NCBI GenBank assembly: GCA_037441385.1
Contig: JBBISH010000078.1
Location: forward strand, 1 to 32,162
Direction of reading: 5' to 3'
Origin: Myxococcales bacterium
Lineage (GTDB): Bacteria > Myxococcota_A > UBA9042
Length of the DNA stretch: 32,162 bases
Shown: positions 1 through 8,568 of the stretch, piece by piece
How positions within the stretch are numbered: the first letter of the stretch is position 1
Layout: each line of letters starts with the position of its first letter
The notes under the pieces: model-generated
The model's database searches: none
What the model saw: the letters and a program-made list of their open reading frames with translations, nothing else
Told to the model about the DNA's origin: nothing
Translations under genes and position numbers: made by a program

Positions 1-122
1 CCGTCTGATTCACGCCTGTACGGTTCCTCTGACCCGGTCTGCAACCGGCGAGAATCAGGCGGGGACCCCGGTTCGGGCCCGAAGAATTGCCGAAGTTTTC
101 GAGCCGATTTGGACGGAAACCG
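1..122 (+). repeat. ~122-bp structured intergenic repeat, copy A (may extend left of the window)
   Basis: Aligns without gaps to the reverse complement of 20477-20598 (96/122 identical by manual count). Partial copies at 7590-7674 and 8486-8546. Abuts the kinase stop codon at 125. Confidence 0.9.
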
Positions 123-124
123 TA

Positions 125-2227
125 TTATTCGTGCTGGCACGTGGGATCGCGCGGATTGCAGCGGCAAAACGCGGGCGAGCCGATCTTGTGATCCTCTTTG
201 GGGAACACGCACTTGCAGTAGTACGTGAGGCCCGTGGTCTGGCCCTGAGCCACGAGGCACGGGCAGAAATTCTTGGAACTGGGCGTCAGATCCTTGGCCT
301 TGCTGCACCCGGTGCACCACTCGCGGCTGCCCTCGCTGGCAGAGCAGCCCCGACCCGAACTCCGCGGCGTTTCGCTAGGTTTTTCGGCCGCCTTGGCCTC
401 GGCGGCCTTTTCGTGGTGCTTCGCCTTGTGTTCTGCGCCGTCGGGCCCAGTTGGGTGGGCGGGCGACTCGGGCTCTACGGCGACGGCGGTCGCGGCAGCA
501 GGCGCAGGCACCGCGACGGGGACGGGAGCCGCGGCCACGGCAACCGGTTGCGCTGGCGCGGGGGCGGCTGCCGACGGCGGCGGTACGGGAGGGCGCGGGG
601 GCTGATCGGACGGGCGCTTTGGCGCAGTTGGTGCCTCCGGTACCTCACTGGCCGGTGGTCGAGCGGGGACCGGTTCGGGGCTGCGCAACACGAACCACCA
701 AGTGGCCACGCCAAACGCCAGCAGCATCGCTGCGCCCGCCAGACCCACCAGCAGCGGCCCGCGCGACTTGGCCGGGACTCGCGTCGGGGCCCCCGTAGTC
801 TGTGCGCCGGGTGCAGCAATGGGCAGAACCACGTCCATGGCCTGCGTGGCCATCTCGCTCCGATCGGCGGTGGGGCGCGACGACGGGCCCGCGACCCGCA
901 CCGACGGCGGCGCATTGGGGCGCTTGGAATCCCCTGCAACAGCAGGCTGTTTGCGGCTGTGGGACTCGGCCGGACGCATCGGCCGGGGCGGCGCGCCGCG
1001 GCGGGCCACCGAGGGCGCGCCTTGGATCAACGCCGTATCTGAGCTGACCGGCGGCGGCCCCGGCACGGGGCCCACGGCTGTGGCCGCAGGATCGACCTGG
1101 ACGGTCTCGCCCGGTGAGCTGACGCTGGCCACGACGGTCTGGGCGCTGGCAGGCAGGTGTGCTTCTGGATTGGGCCGCAACTGACTGGGGCCGATCACGT
1201 CGAATGACACTTGAGTCTTGTCGTCGCTTTGACCCGGAGCGCTGGGCGCACTGGCGATGTGCGCCAGCCAAGCGTCTAGTGCGTGGCGGAACGCGTCGGC
1301 CGTGGGGTAGCGCTGCCCACGTTCCCGCGCCAGCGACTTGGCGACCACGGCCTCGAGTTCGCGATCGACACCGGGCATGGTGATGGCGGGCAGCGGGTCC
1401 TGCAAATGCGCAGCCAAGACGGCAAACGTGGTGTCGCCGTCGAACGGATGCCGACCCGTCAAGCAGCGGTACAAAAGGACGCCCACCGAGTACAAGTCTG
1501 CTCGGGCATCCAGTTGCTCGCCGCGCACTTGCTCGGGGCTCATGTAGTGCGGCGTCCCCAAGATCGCGCCGGCCTGGGTGATGACCGCGCTGGCGCCTTC
1601 GGCCAGGAACTTGGCGATGCCAAAGTCGATCACGCGCACGAAGTCGTCTTCGCCTGCAAGATTGCCGACAAAGATGTTGTCGGGCTTCAGGTCGCGGTGC
1701 ACGATGCGCTTGCCGTGCGCCTCGGACAGTGACTTGAGGATCTGCACGGTCAGCCGTACCGAGCGGTCGGCCGGCAAGTGACCGTCGGCCTGAAGAATCT
1801 CTTCCAGCGACTTGCCTTCCAGGAACTCCATCGCAAGGTAGAGCAGCCCGTCTGGCGTTTGCCCAAAGTCAAAAACCCGCACCGTATTGGGGTGTTTCAG
1901 GCTGGCCGATAGCCGCGCCTCCGATGTGAAGCGCTCGGCGGCCTTGGCCTCGGCCACCAGATCGGGACGCAACACCTTGAGCGCCACAGGTTCGTGGGTA
2001 CCCACGTGCACCGCGCGGTAGACATCGCCGAACCCGCCGCGACCGAGCAACTGCTCGACTTTGTAGCGATCGCCCACCACCGTGCCGGACCGAAACAGGG
2101 CCTCGCCCGGCACGCGCAGCCGCGGTGCGTTGGGGTCGGCGCGCGCAATCTCGATAGGCGTAGCCCCCGGCGGCGCGGTCCGCCCGGTCGGCGCTGGAGC
2201 AGATTCGGGCGGGACAGAGCTCGACAT
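125..2227 (-). CDS. Membrane Hanks-type Ser/Thr protein kinase with Pro/Ala linker and C-terminal Cys-rich domain
   Basis: GRGGFGDVY, VALKVL, HRDLKPDN, DFG, GTPHYMSPE; TM helix LLVGLAGAAMLLAFGVATWWFVL; 10 Cys in the last 73 aa. ATG at 2227 preferred over TTG at 2296; start uncertain. Confidence 0.93.
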   Translation of the reverse strand: MSSSVPPESAPAPTGRTAPPGATPIEIARADPNAPRLRVPGEALFRSGTVVGDRYKVEQLLGRGGFGDVYRAVHVGTHEPVALKVLRPDLVAEAKAAERFTSEARLSASLKHPNTVRVFDFGQTPDGLLYLAMEFLEGKSLEEILQADGHLPADRSVRLTVQILKSLSEAHGKRIVHRDLKPDNIFVGNLAGEDDFVRVIDFGIAKFLAEGASAVITQAGAILGTPHYMSPEQVRGEQLDARADLYSVGVLLYRCLTGRHPFDGDTTFAVLAAHLQDPLPAITMPGVDRELEAVVAKSLARERGQRYPTADAFRHALDAWLAHIASAPSAPGQSDDKTQVSFDVIGPSQLRPNPEAHLPASAQTVVASVSSPGETVQVDPAATAVGPVPGPPPVSSDTALIQGAPSVARRGAPPRPMRPAESHSRKQPAVAGDSKRPNAPPSVRVAGPSSRPTADRSEMATQAMDVVLPIAAPGAQTTGAPTRVPAKSRGPLLVGLAGAAMLLAFGVATWWFVLRSPEPVPARPPASEVPEAPTAPKRPSDQPPRPPVPPPSAAAPAPAQPVAVAAAPVPVAVPAPAAATAVAVEPESPAHPTGPDGAEHKAKHHEKAAEAKAAEKPSETPRSSGRGCSASEGSREWCTGCSKAKDLTPSSKNFCPCLVAQGQTTGLTYYCKCVFPKEDHKIGSPAFCRCNPRDPTCQHE

Positions 2228-2361
2228 GGTGCCCAAGCCGAAGTGAGCCTCCGGCGCAGTGGAGCGAGGATAGCCGCCTGGACCCCTGCGCGACAAGCCA
2301 TGGCGCCGTCAAACGCGCCGCAGAGCGGCCGGCACACCCCGCGACGGCCAAATAACTTGAA

Positions 2362-3564
2362 CTATTGGCAGTTTTGCAGGCCGCACATCGCAAAGCTGAG
2401 GGCCTTGCTGTTGCCAAGCACGGGGCCGCGGCACTGGCCGACGCAGCTGGAGCCGGTGCCGCACTGCTTCATGCAGTTGGTGGTCTTGGTCAAGGCGTCC
2501 AGGCAACCAGGGTCGGCCTTGCACGCGGCCGCTTCAGCTGGGCATTTGGCGGCACCGCAAGCCCAGGCCTTGGCAAAGTCGGCGTCGCAGTCCAGTGGGC
2601 AAGTGGCAGCCGTCTCGCCGCTGTCGCACGATCCGTTGCCACAACCGCCGCTGCTGGCCGGAGCTGGGCAGTCCGGCGCGCAATTCGAGGTCGTTTCGCC
2701 GGGATCACACGTCCCATCGCCACAGATGGTCCCAGCCGTCGCCGCCACACAACCGGAGAAGCCGCAGGCAGCGACCGCACCGGCACTGGGATTTTGGTCG
2801 GCCATGTCTTTGCAGAAGCCGACGCAGTTGCTGTCGACACAGTTGGCCAAGCACTGCGCGGAGTTGGCCAAGAACGAGGTGCACTCGGTGCTGGCCAAAC
2901 AGGTCGACGTGGCACTGGCGCAGGCCTTTTTCAAGCACGCGATCACGCCCACGGTGTCGGGATCGCAGTCGATTTGGCAGGCGATGGCGTTCTCGCCGGG
3001 TGTGCACACGCCGTCGCCGCAGACCGAGGGCGGTGGAGGGCAATCGATCCAGCAGGTTGACCACGTCTCGCCGGCCGTGCACGCACCGTCGCCGCAGACT
3101 CCTTGCGGAACCGCCGTGTCGCCTTCGCTGGCGTCTGGGTCGGCGCCAGCATCGGTCGGCGCCAGATCGGCCGCAGAGGAATCCGCTGATGTGGTGTCGG
3201 GTTTGCTGGTATCGGCGCCGGCAGAATCCGGTTTGGCCGTGGGGACCGAATCGACGCCGCTGGCGTCCGCGTCTTGGCCCGCAGTCGGTTGCACGTCCCC
3301 GCCGCCCGACCAGCTGAGATCGAGCGAACTCCCATCGCTGGGCGACCAGCCGGCCCCGGTGCCCTCACTCTTGCTGGACCCGCAGGCCGCCACGGCCACG
3401 GCGAGAATCGCCAGGATCCACCAGGGCCTGCGGCAGCCGGCAGTGGAGCTTTGTCCGGCTTGGCAAAGCTCACAGCCCAAGGCGGGATCCCCGGCTGGCT
3501 CGCGCCGGTTGCCCAGCGCAGCGGGCGCGCCGAACTTGCGTGGATCGGGTGGGGTTGGGCTCAT
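2362..3564 (-). CDS. Cys-rich repeat lipoprotein (CG[DN]GxC..E...C..DC repeats)
   Basis: Hydrophobic stretch and lipobox-like WWILAILAVAVAA-C; Asp/Ser linker; four CG[DN]GxC repeats in two pairs; ATGA overlap with the upstream menC-menE stop. Confidence 0.85.
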   Translation of the reverse strand: MSPTPPDPRKFGAPAALGNRREPAGDPALGCELCQAGQSSTAGCRRPWWILAILAVAVAACGSSKSEGTGAGWSPSDGSSLDLSWSGGGDVQPTAGQDADASGVDSVPTAKPDSAGADTSKPDTTSADSSAADLAPTDAGADPDASEGDTAVPQGVCGDGACTAGETWSTCWIDCPPPPSVCGDGVCTPGENAIACQIDCDPDTVGVIACLKKACASATSTCLASTECTSFLANSAQCLANCVDSNCVGFCKDMADQNPSAGAVAACGFSGCVAATAGTICGDGTCDPGETTSNCAPDCPAPASSGGCGNGSCDSGETAATCPLDCDADFAKAWACGAAKCPAEAAACKADPGCLDALTKTTNCMKQCGTGSSCVGQCRGPVLGNSKALSFAMCGLQNCQ

Positions 3565-5927
3565 ACCTTCTTGGTAGCAGGTTCCCCGGCCGTTGGCCAG
3601 TGCGGCAGGTCCCGGCCGGCGCGTTCAAGCTCGCTGCGCACCACAGAGCGCTGCAGCTTGCCCATGGCGTTGCGCGGCAGTGGCTCGCGCGTCAACAGCC
3701 AGCGACGCGGCCGCTTGAACGGCGCCAACGTCGGCAATTCAAGAGAATACGGCCCCGCGTACGCGCCATCCACCTGCAACCACGCCGCCACCGCTTCGCC
3801 GCGGGCTCCGGCGGGCACACCCACGACCGCAGCGTCGAGCACGCCCGGCCTGCGCAGCAGCTCGGACTCGACCTCGAGCGGGTCCACGTTCTCGCCCGCC
3901 ACGATGATGCGGTCGGCGCGCCGGCTGGCCACCCACAGGGCGCCGTCTTGCCCCAAATGGCCAAGGTCGCCCGTAGGCCAGAATTGTCCGCGGGTTATGG
4001 GTTGCCCCACGTAGCCGATGGTGAGTTGTAGCGCCGCCACCTCGATCTCGCCCACGCCGTCCGGTTCGACGGGATCGGCGATGCGAAGCCAGACCCCGGG
4101 CAAGGGCCGGCCAACGCGGCGCAAGCCTTGAAGATCCTGGCTGGGCTCCCCCAGGGCCCCGGTTGCCGCCTGCCCCACGGTCTCGCTCATGCCCCAACTG
4201 GGCACGGCCGGCCAACCGTGCTCGCGCGCGCGATCGAGCAGACCAGGATCGAGCGACGCCCCGCCGACGAGCAACCAGCGCAAGGACGGTGGCGGCGGGC
4301 CCTGAGCCACCAACCCGGCCAATTGCAGAGGCACCACCGATAGATGCGTGACCGCGTGCGCCCCGGCGATGCGTTGGATGGCGCCAGCGTCGCCCAGGGC
4401 CGTCAGCGTCATGCACCCGGCCACCGCCGCCACCCGCAGCGCAATCGAGACGCCCGAGACATGCGAAAGAGGCAGACACGTCAACCAGTTGCAGGACGTC
4501 TCGGGCCAACACGCCCAGTGGGCGGCGGCCGCCGCGTGCAGGGTCTGGTGCGTGTGGACCACCAACCGGGCGCTCCCCGTAGTCCCCGAGGTGGCAATCC
4601 TGAGCGCGGCGCCCTGTGGGTCCAGCCAATGGCGCGGCGGGCGGGCGGCAGGCAGACTGACGGTGCAAGGAAGTGCTGTCGCCGCTGGCAGTTGTGTCTG
4701 GTGACTGGCGTCGACCAGGACCAACGTCGCGCCGCTGCGGTCCAGCACGGCGGTGGCCTCGGTCACCGTCCAGCGCGGGTGCAGCGGCTGCCAGCACGCC
4801 CCCAGACGCCAGATCGCCCACGCACAAACCAGCAGGTCCGGGTGGTTGTCGCACCAAGTCGCCACCGTGTGGCCCGGACCGATTCCACGGCCATCCAGCC
4901 AGGCGGCCGCAGAATCGACCAGATGATCCAGCTCTTGCCAGCTCCAGGCCCCGCGGCCATCGGCCCAGTGTAGCGCAGGGGCCCGCGGAGAACGGGCTGC
5001 CGCCTGGGCACACAGGTCGGGCAGGCAGGCCGCGGTGGTCGGTTGCGGCGCACGCCAGCGCGGGTCCACGCCGAGATCCGTGGCCAGGCCGCTCGCGACA
5101 ATCCGACCGGGAGCGGCCGCAGCCAAGGTTTTCAAGTGATCCAGCCCCAACGGCGCATCAAAGAGCGACGAAAAGGCGACCGGGATATCCAGTTCGGCCA
5201 ATTCGGCCAGCACCGTGCCCAGGGCATCCAGCGAGCCCAACAAACTGGGTTTGACAATCGCCAGCTGAGCGCGGCGCGTGCGCAACAGCGACAGCCAAGT
5301 CGGCAGATCGGAATCGACCAGATCGGCAGCCAGGGGCAGCGGCGCCTCGTGCGGCCAGCGATCGGCTGGGGTGGGATCCTCGACGCTCGCGATCCCTGCG
5401 GCATGACACGATTGCAGAATCGTCTGCAGTTCTGCCGCGTGCAACGCTGCCCAGGCCTGGTTCGCGTCGAGCCGGATTTCCCAGCCTTGCGCCAAGGGCC
5501 GCAGCCGAGCGAGCAGAGCGAGCAACGGCGTATCGACCGTGACTTTCACCTTGGCAGCAACGGCCTGGGTGGCACGCAGCAGGGCCTCGAGCTCGCCGGC
5601 AAAAACCGTGTGCTCGTCGACCGTCAGGGCTAGGGGCACCAACGGCCGCAGTTGGGTGCGCCAGCGTTGCGCCAAGTGCTCGCGCCACGGACGGCCCAGG
5701 CGCGCGGCGGTGTACTGGTCCTGAGCCACCTCGCGAGCGAATTGCTCCACCGAAGCAGACCATTGCGGCCGGTTGGCCAGGTAGGGCGCGGTCATCCAAC
5801 CCTGGACCGCGGGCGTGCCGTAGCCGATGAGGCGGCCGCTGAGCATCGCGTGGCGATCGCGGCTGCCTTGCACCCGTTGTTGCAGCGGGAGGCAGTAGGT
5901 TTGCTGGGGTAGCCACTGGGGATTCAT
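3561..5927 (-). CDS. menC-menE: Fused o-succinylbenzoate synthase (MenC) / o-succinylbenzoate-CoA ligase (MenE)
   Basis: N-terminal enolase-superfamily motifs KVK, RLDANQAW, VEDP, AAD, VKP. C-terminal adenylate-forming motifs TSGTTG, WGMSET, TGDLG, RRADRIIVAGENVDPLEVE, LPRNAMGKL. Lies 6 nt downstream of menA. Confidence 0.85.
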   Translation of the reverse strand: MNPQWLPQQTYCLPLQQRVQGSRDRHAMLSGRLIGYGTPAVQGWMTAPYLANRPQWSASVEQFAREVAQDQYTAARLGRPWREHLAQRWRTQLRPLVPLALTVDEHTVFAGELEALLRATQAVAAKVKVTVDTPLLALLARLRPLAQGWEIRLDANQAWAALHAAELQTILQSCHAAGIASVEDPTPADRWPHEAPLPLAADLVDSDLPTWLSLLRTRRAQLAIVKPSLLGSLDALGTVLAELAELDIPVAFSSLFDAPLGLDHLKTLAAAAPGRIVASGLATDLGVDPRWRAPQPTTAACLPDLCAQAAARSPRAPALHWADGRGAWSWQELDHLVDSAAAWLDGRGIGPGHTVATWCDNHPDLLVCAWAIWRLGACWQPLHPRWTVTEATAVLDRSGATLVLVDASHQTQLPAATALPCTVSLPAARPPRHWLDPQGAALRIATSGTTGSARLVVHTHQTLHAAAAAHWACWPETSCNWLTCLPLSHVSGVSIALRVAAVAGCMTLTALGDAGAIQRIAGAHAVTHLSVVPLQLAGLVAQGPPPPSLRWLLVGGASLDPGLLDRAREHGWPAVPSWGMSETVGQAATGALGEPSQDLQGLRRVGRPLPGVWLRIADPVEPDGVGEIEVAALQLTIGYVGQPITRGQFWPTGDLGHLGQDGALWVASRRADRIIVAGENVDPLEVESELLRRPGVLDAAVVGVPAGARGEAVAAWLQVDGAYAGPYSLELPTLAPFKRPRRWLLTREPLPRNAMGKLQRSVVRSELERAGRDLPHWPTAGEPATKKV

Positions 5928-5933
5928 CGCGAT

Positions 5934-6854
5934 CTAGCGCGCCAAGCCGCGCTGCAGGCCCAGCCCGATCGCCGCGAGCGTGCCGACCAGCAGGTGCCAG
6001 CGCGCCGTGCTGCCCAAGGCGCCGTTGAGCGTGGGGCCGTCGCTGTGCTTCCACACGACGCGCGCACTGCGAGCGATGGCGGGAAGGGCCAGCAGCGGCA
6101 ACGCCAACGGCCACGCGCCGTCGCGAACGGCCAGGCCAACGGGCACGCCCACGGCCATTGCTGCCATCAGCAAATACTCGACGCGGACCGCCGTAGCGCC
6201 CCAGCGGACGGCCAGCGTGCGCTTGCCCACCAGCACATCGGTCTCGGCATCGCGCAAGTTGTTGACGACCAAGATGGCGGTACACGAAGCGCCCACGGGC
6301 AGCGACCACAACACCGCGTCTGGGCCAAAGGTGCCGGCCTGGACAAAGTACGTGCCGACCACCGCCACGACCCCAAAGAAGGCAAAGACGAAGACGTCTC
6401 CCAGACCCAAGTAGCCCAGCGGCCACGGTCCACCGGTATACAGCACACCCGCCGCGACCGAGGCCAGGCCGATGTAGACCACCGGCATCCCACAGCGCCA
6501 GACCAAGTAGCTGCCACACAGTACAGCCAGCGCAAAGGTCAGGATCATCGCCCGCTTGACGGCTGCCGGCGTGACTAGGCCGGCCTGGGTCACCCGCAGC
6601 GGTCCCTTGCGCGCGGCCGTGTCGGCGCCCTTTTCGTAGTCAAAAACGTCGTTGGCGAAGTTGGTGCCCAGCTGAATGAGGAGCGCCCCCACCAGCGCGG
6701 CCAGCCACGGCAGCGCCTCGCCAACCCGGTCGCGCCAGGCAAGCGCGCCCCCAACCGCCAACGGGGCCAGCGCCGCCGTCAACGTGGCCGGGCGGGCGGC
6801 GAGCCACCAGATCTTCAGCGGGTGGATGGGCACGGACTCGGACACGGCGGGCAT
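5934..6854 (-). CDS. menA: 1,4-dihydroxy-2-naphthoate polyprenyltransferase
   Basis: AARPATL, QLGTNFANDVFDYEKGAD, YTGGPWPLGYLGLGD, NNLRDAETD..GKRTLAVR; polytopic membrane pattern. ATG at 6854. Confidence 0.95.
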   Translation of the reverse strand: MPAVSESVPIHPLKIWWLAARPATLTAALAPLAVGGALAWRDRVGEALPWLAALVGALLIQLGTNFANDVFDYEKGADTAARKGPLRVTQAGLVTPAAVKRAMILTFALAVLCGSYLVWRCGMPVVYIGLASVAAGVLYTGGPWPLGYLGLGDVFVFAFFGVVAVVGTYFVQAGTFGPDAVLWSLPVGASCTAILVVNNLRDAETDVLVGKRTLAVRWGATAVRVEYLLMAAMAVGVPVGLAVRDGAWPLALPLLALPAIARSARVVWKHSDGPTLNGALGSTARWHLLVGTLAAIGLGLQRGLAR

Positions 6855-7023
6855 GGTCACTCGGGCCGGGCCGGGCCGGCGGCCGGGCACTATAGCAGCA
6901 ACGCCGAGGCTGCGGAACCGGGTGACGGTCGCAACTCGGGCCTAGCGCAGATGTTTGCGCGCGGCCGCAACCTGCCCTACTCTGCGGCCATGGCGCCCAG
7001 CAAGGGCTGCCGCGAGGACATTC

Positions 7024-7524
7024 GTGCAACACAAGTCGATTCAGCTGATCTTGAAAACGGTGCTGGCCAGCCTGCTTGCCGCTACTTGGCTGTTCGCTGG
7101 CTGCGGCGGCGCGCAGAAGACGGAAACGTCGGCGCCAGCGGCCGCCGAGATGACCTGCCCCGTAAGCGGCAAGACCTTCACGCCCACGGCCGACTCGCCC
7201 AAGAGCGAGTACAAGGGCAAGACCTACACGTTCTGCTGCCCGGGCTGCAAAGCCAAATTCGACGCCAACCCTGATCAGTTTGCCGACAAGGCGGCCGCGG
7301 CGGCACCGGCCGGTCCGGCGATGGCCGTATGCCCGGTCAGCGGCGAGAAATTCGCCCCGACCGCCGAGTCGCCCAAGAGCGAATACAAAGGCAAAACCTA
7401 CGTATTTTGCTGCGCCGGCTGCAAGACGAAGTTCGACGCCGATCCTGACAAGATCCTGGCGGCGCCCGGCCAGCACCCCGACTGCGGCGGCGACTGCGAC
7501 GACAAGGCGCCGGCCGCGAAATAG
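7024..7524 (+). CDS. Lipoprotein with two YHS (metal-binding) domains
   Basis: GTG start at 7024 after GAGGA (7014-7018); lipobox LFAG-C; two CPVSG..F...SEYKGKTYxFCCxGCKxKFDAxP units; C-terminal HPDCGGDC. Confidence 0.88.
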   Translation: MQHKSIQLILKTVLASLLAATWLFAGCGGAQKTETSAPAAAEMTCPVSGKTFTPTADSPKSEYKGKTYTFCCPGCKAKFDANPDQFADKAAAAAPAGPAMAVCPVSGEKFAPTAESPKSEYKGKTYVFCCAGCKTKFDADPDKILAAPGQHPDCGGDCDDKAPAAK

Positions 7525-7589
7525 CGGCCATGCACCAGCTGGCACGGCGCGGCCCTTGGCGCCCAGCCGATGGATCGGTCATGAGCAGC

Positions 7590-7674
7590 CGACCTGATTC
7601 GCGCCGGCGCGGCTTGCCTGGCCCGCTCTGCAACTAGCGAGAATCAGGCCGGTGCCCCGGCTCGAACCCGATGA
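7590..7674 (+). repeat. Structured intergenic repeat, copy B (5' part, element positions ~1-85)
   Basis: Ungapped match to 1-85, about 63/85 identical, including CTGCAAC..GCGAGAATCAGGC. Confidence 0.85.
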
Positions 7675-7692
7675 GCTAGTTTTGCGGGAAAT

Positions 7693-8403
7693 CTACGGCT
7701 GCTTGGGGGTCTTGGCCGCCTCGATGACCAACTGCTTGATTGCAGCGTACGAGTCCGGGTTGCTGAGAGTGGTGTCTTGCGCGCCACCATAAGGCAAGTA
7801 CTTGAAGAGCTTGCCTTCGCTGTCGTAGATATAAATATCGTCTTTGTGACCACCAAAGATGGTAGTCCACGACTGGACCGCGTCGCTGTCCTGCAGGACC
7901 GGGAAATCGCAGCGGCTCAGAAGCGCGGCCTGGTTGGCGACCGCGTCGCTTTTGTTGATGGTGACGAACCAGGCATCCACGCCGTGGTTCTTGAGTTCGG
8001 AGCGCATTCGGTCGAGCATCCCAGCCTGGGACACGCAGAAGCCTCACCACCCAGCTAAGAGTGCGACCACGGTTGGCCGCCCAACAAAGGCTTTGAGCCC
8101 GTAAGTGGCCTTGTAGCCACAACTGTGGGGCTGCACGTCCGGGAGCGCGAAATCGTCCACGCCTTGGCCCACGACCGGCGTGTGCTCTGCAGCGCCGGGC
8201 AGCGCCGCCGGACCGGCCTGGGCCTGCCAAGCTGCGGCGGGCGGAGTTGGCCCCACGCACACGAACGGGACGTCGGCGCCGGCATCAACCGTGGCCGTCG
8301 TGGCGGCGGTCGGAGCGCTTTCGGTGCAGGCTAGTAGGGCGATGACGGCAGTCAGGGACGCGGGCAACCCGCGCCACACCCAGGCCGAGCAGTGGCTGTT
8401 CAT
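7693..8403 (-). CDS. Probable selenoprotein: thioredoxin-fold (AhpC/TSA/redoxin-like) lipoprotein with UxxC motif, read through TGA at 8044-8046
   Basis: ORFs 8044-8460 and 7693-8034 are in one frame, joined by TGG TGA GGC TTC TGC (W-U-G-F-C) at the CxxC position after GRPTVVALLAG. Redoxin-like DFALPD upstream and FPVLQD / DIYIYDSEGKL downstream. Lipobox-like IALLA-C; GAGG before ATG 8403; SECIS-like hairpin follows. 236 aa if read through. Confidence 0.85.
8016..8034 (-). promoter_or_regulatory. Putative bacterial SECIS hairpin
   Basis: GUGUCCCA-GGC-UGGGAUGC: 8-bp stem (2 G-U), loop starting with G, 17 nt between the UGA and the loop. Confidence 0.65.
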
Positions 8404-8485
8404 GAAACCTCGCGCGGCCGCCTTGCGCCGCTCCAACAGCATAACCGCAAGCGACCCCAACGTTCAAAGCGGCCGTGTCACGCGC

Positions 8486-8546
8486 ACCCTGGATCGGGCC
8501 CAAGGATTTGCCGAGTGTTTCGATCCGATTTGGACGGAACCGGTAT
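8486..8546 (+). repeat. Structured intergenic repeat, copy C (3' part, element positions ~65-125)
   Basis: Ungapped match to 65-125, about 50/61 identical, including CCGATTTGGACGGAA. Confidence 0.85.
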
Positions 8547-8568
8547 CACGAGCCGGTCGGCGCGCACA

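Noticed and set aside
1994..3577. Long alternative ORFs (1994-3577 +, 9571-11109 +, 12363-14117 +, 14648-16141 +, 19297-21921 +, 21734-23248 + and similar)
   Set aside because: They overlap better-supported genes, have no motifs, and are typical shadow ORFs of GC-rich DNA.
7630..7690. tRNA-like GGGTTCGAGCC on the minus strand
   Set aside because: No cloverleaf or acceptor stem; it is part of repeat copy B.
8044..8046. TGA as a nonsense mutation (pseudogene) or two separate genes
   Set aside because: It falls exactly on the redox Cys position, the frame continues intact and a SECIS-like hairpin follows. Not formally excluded without seeing sel genes.
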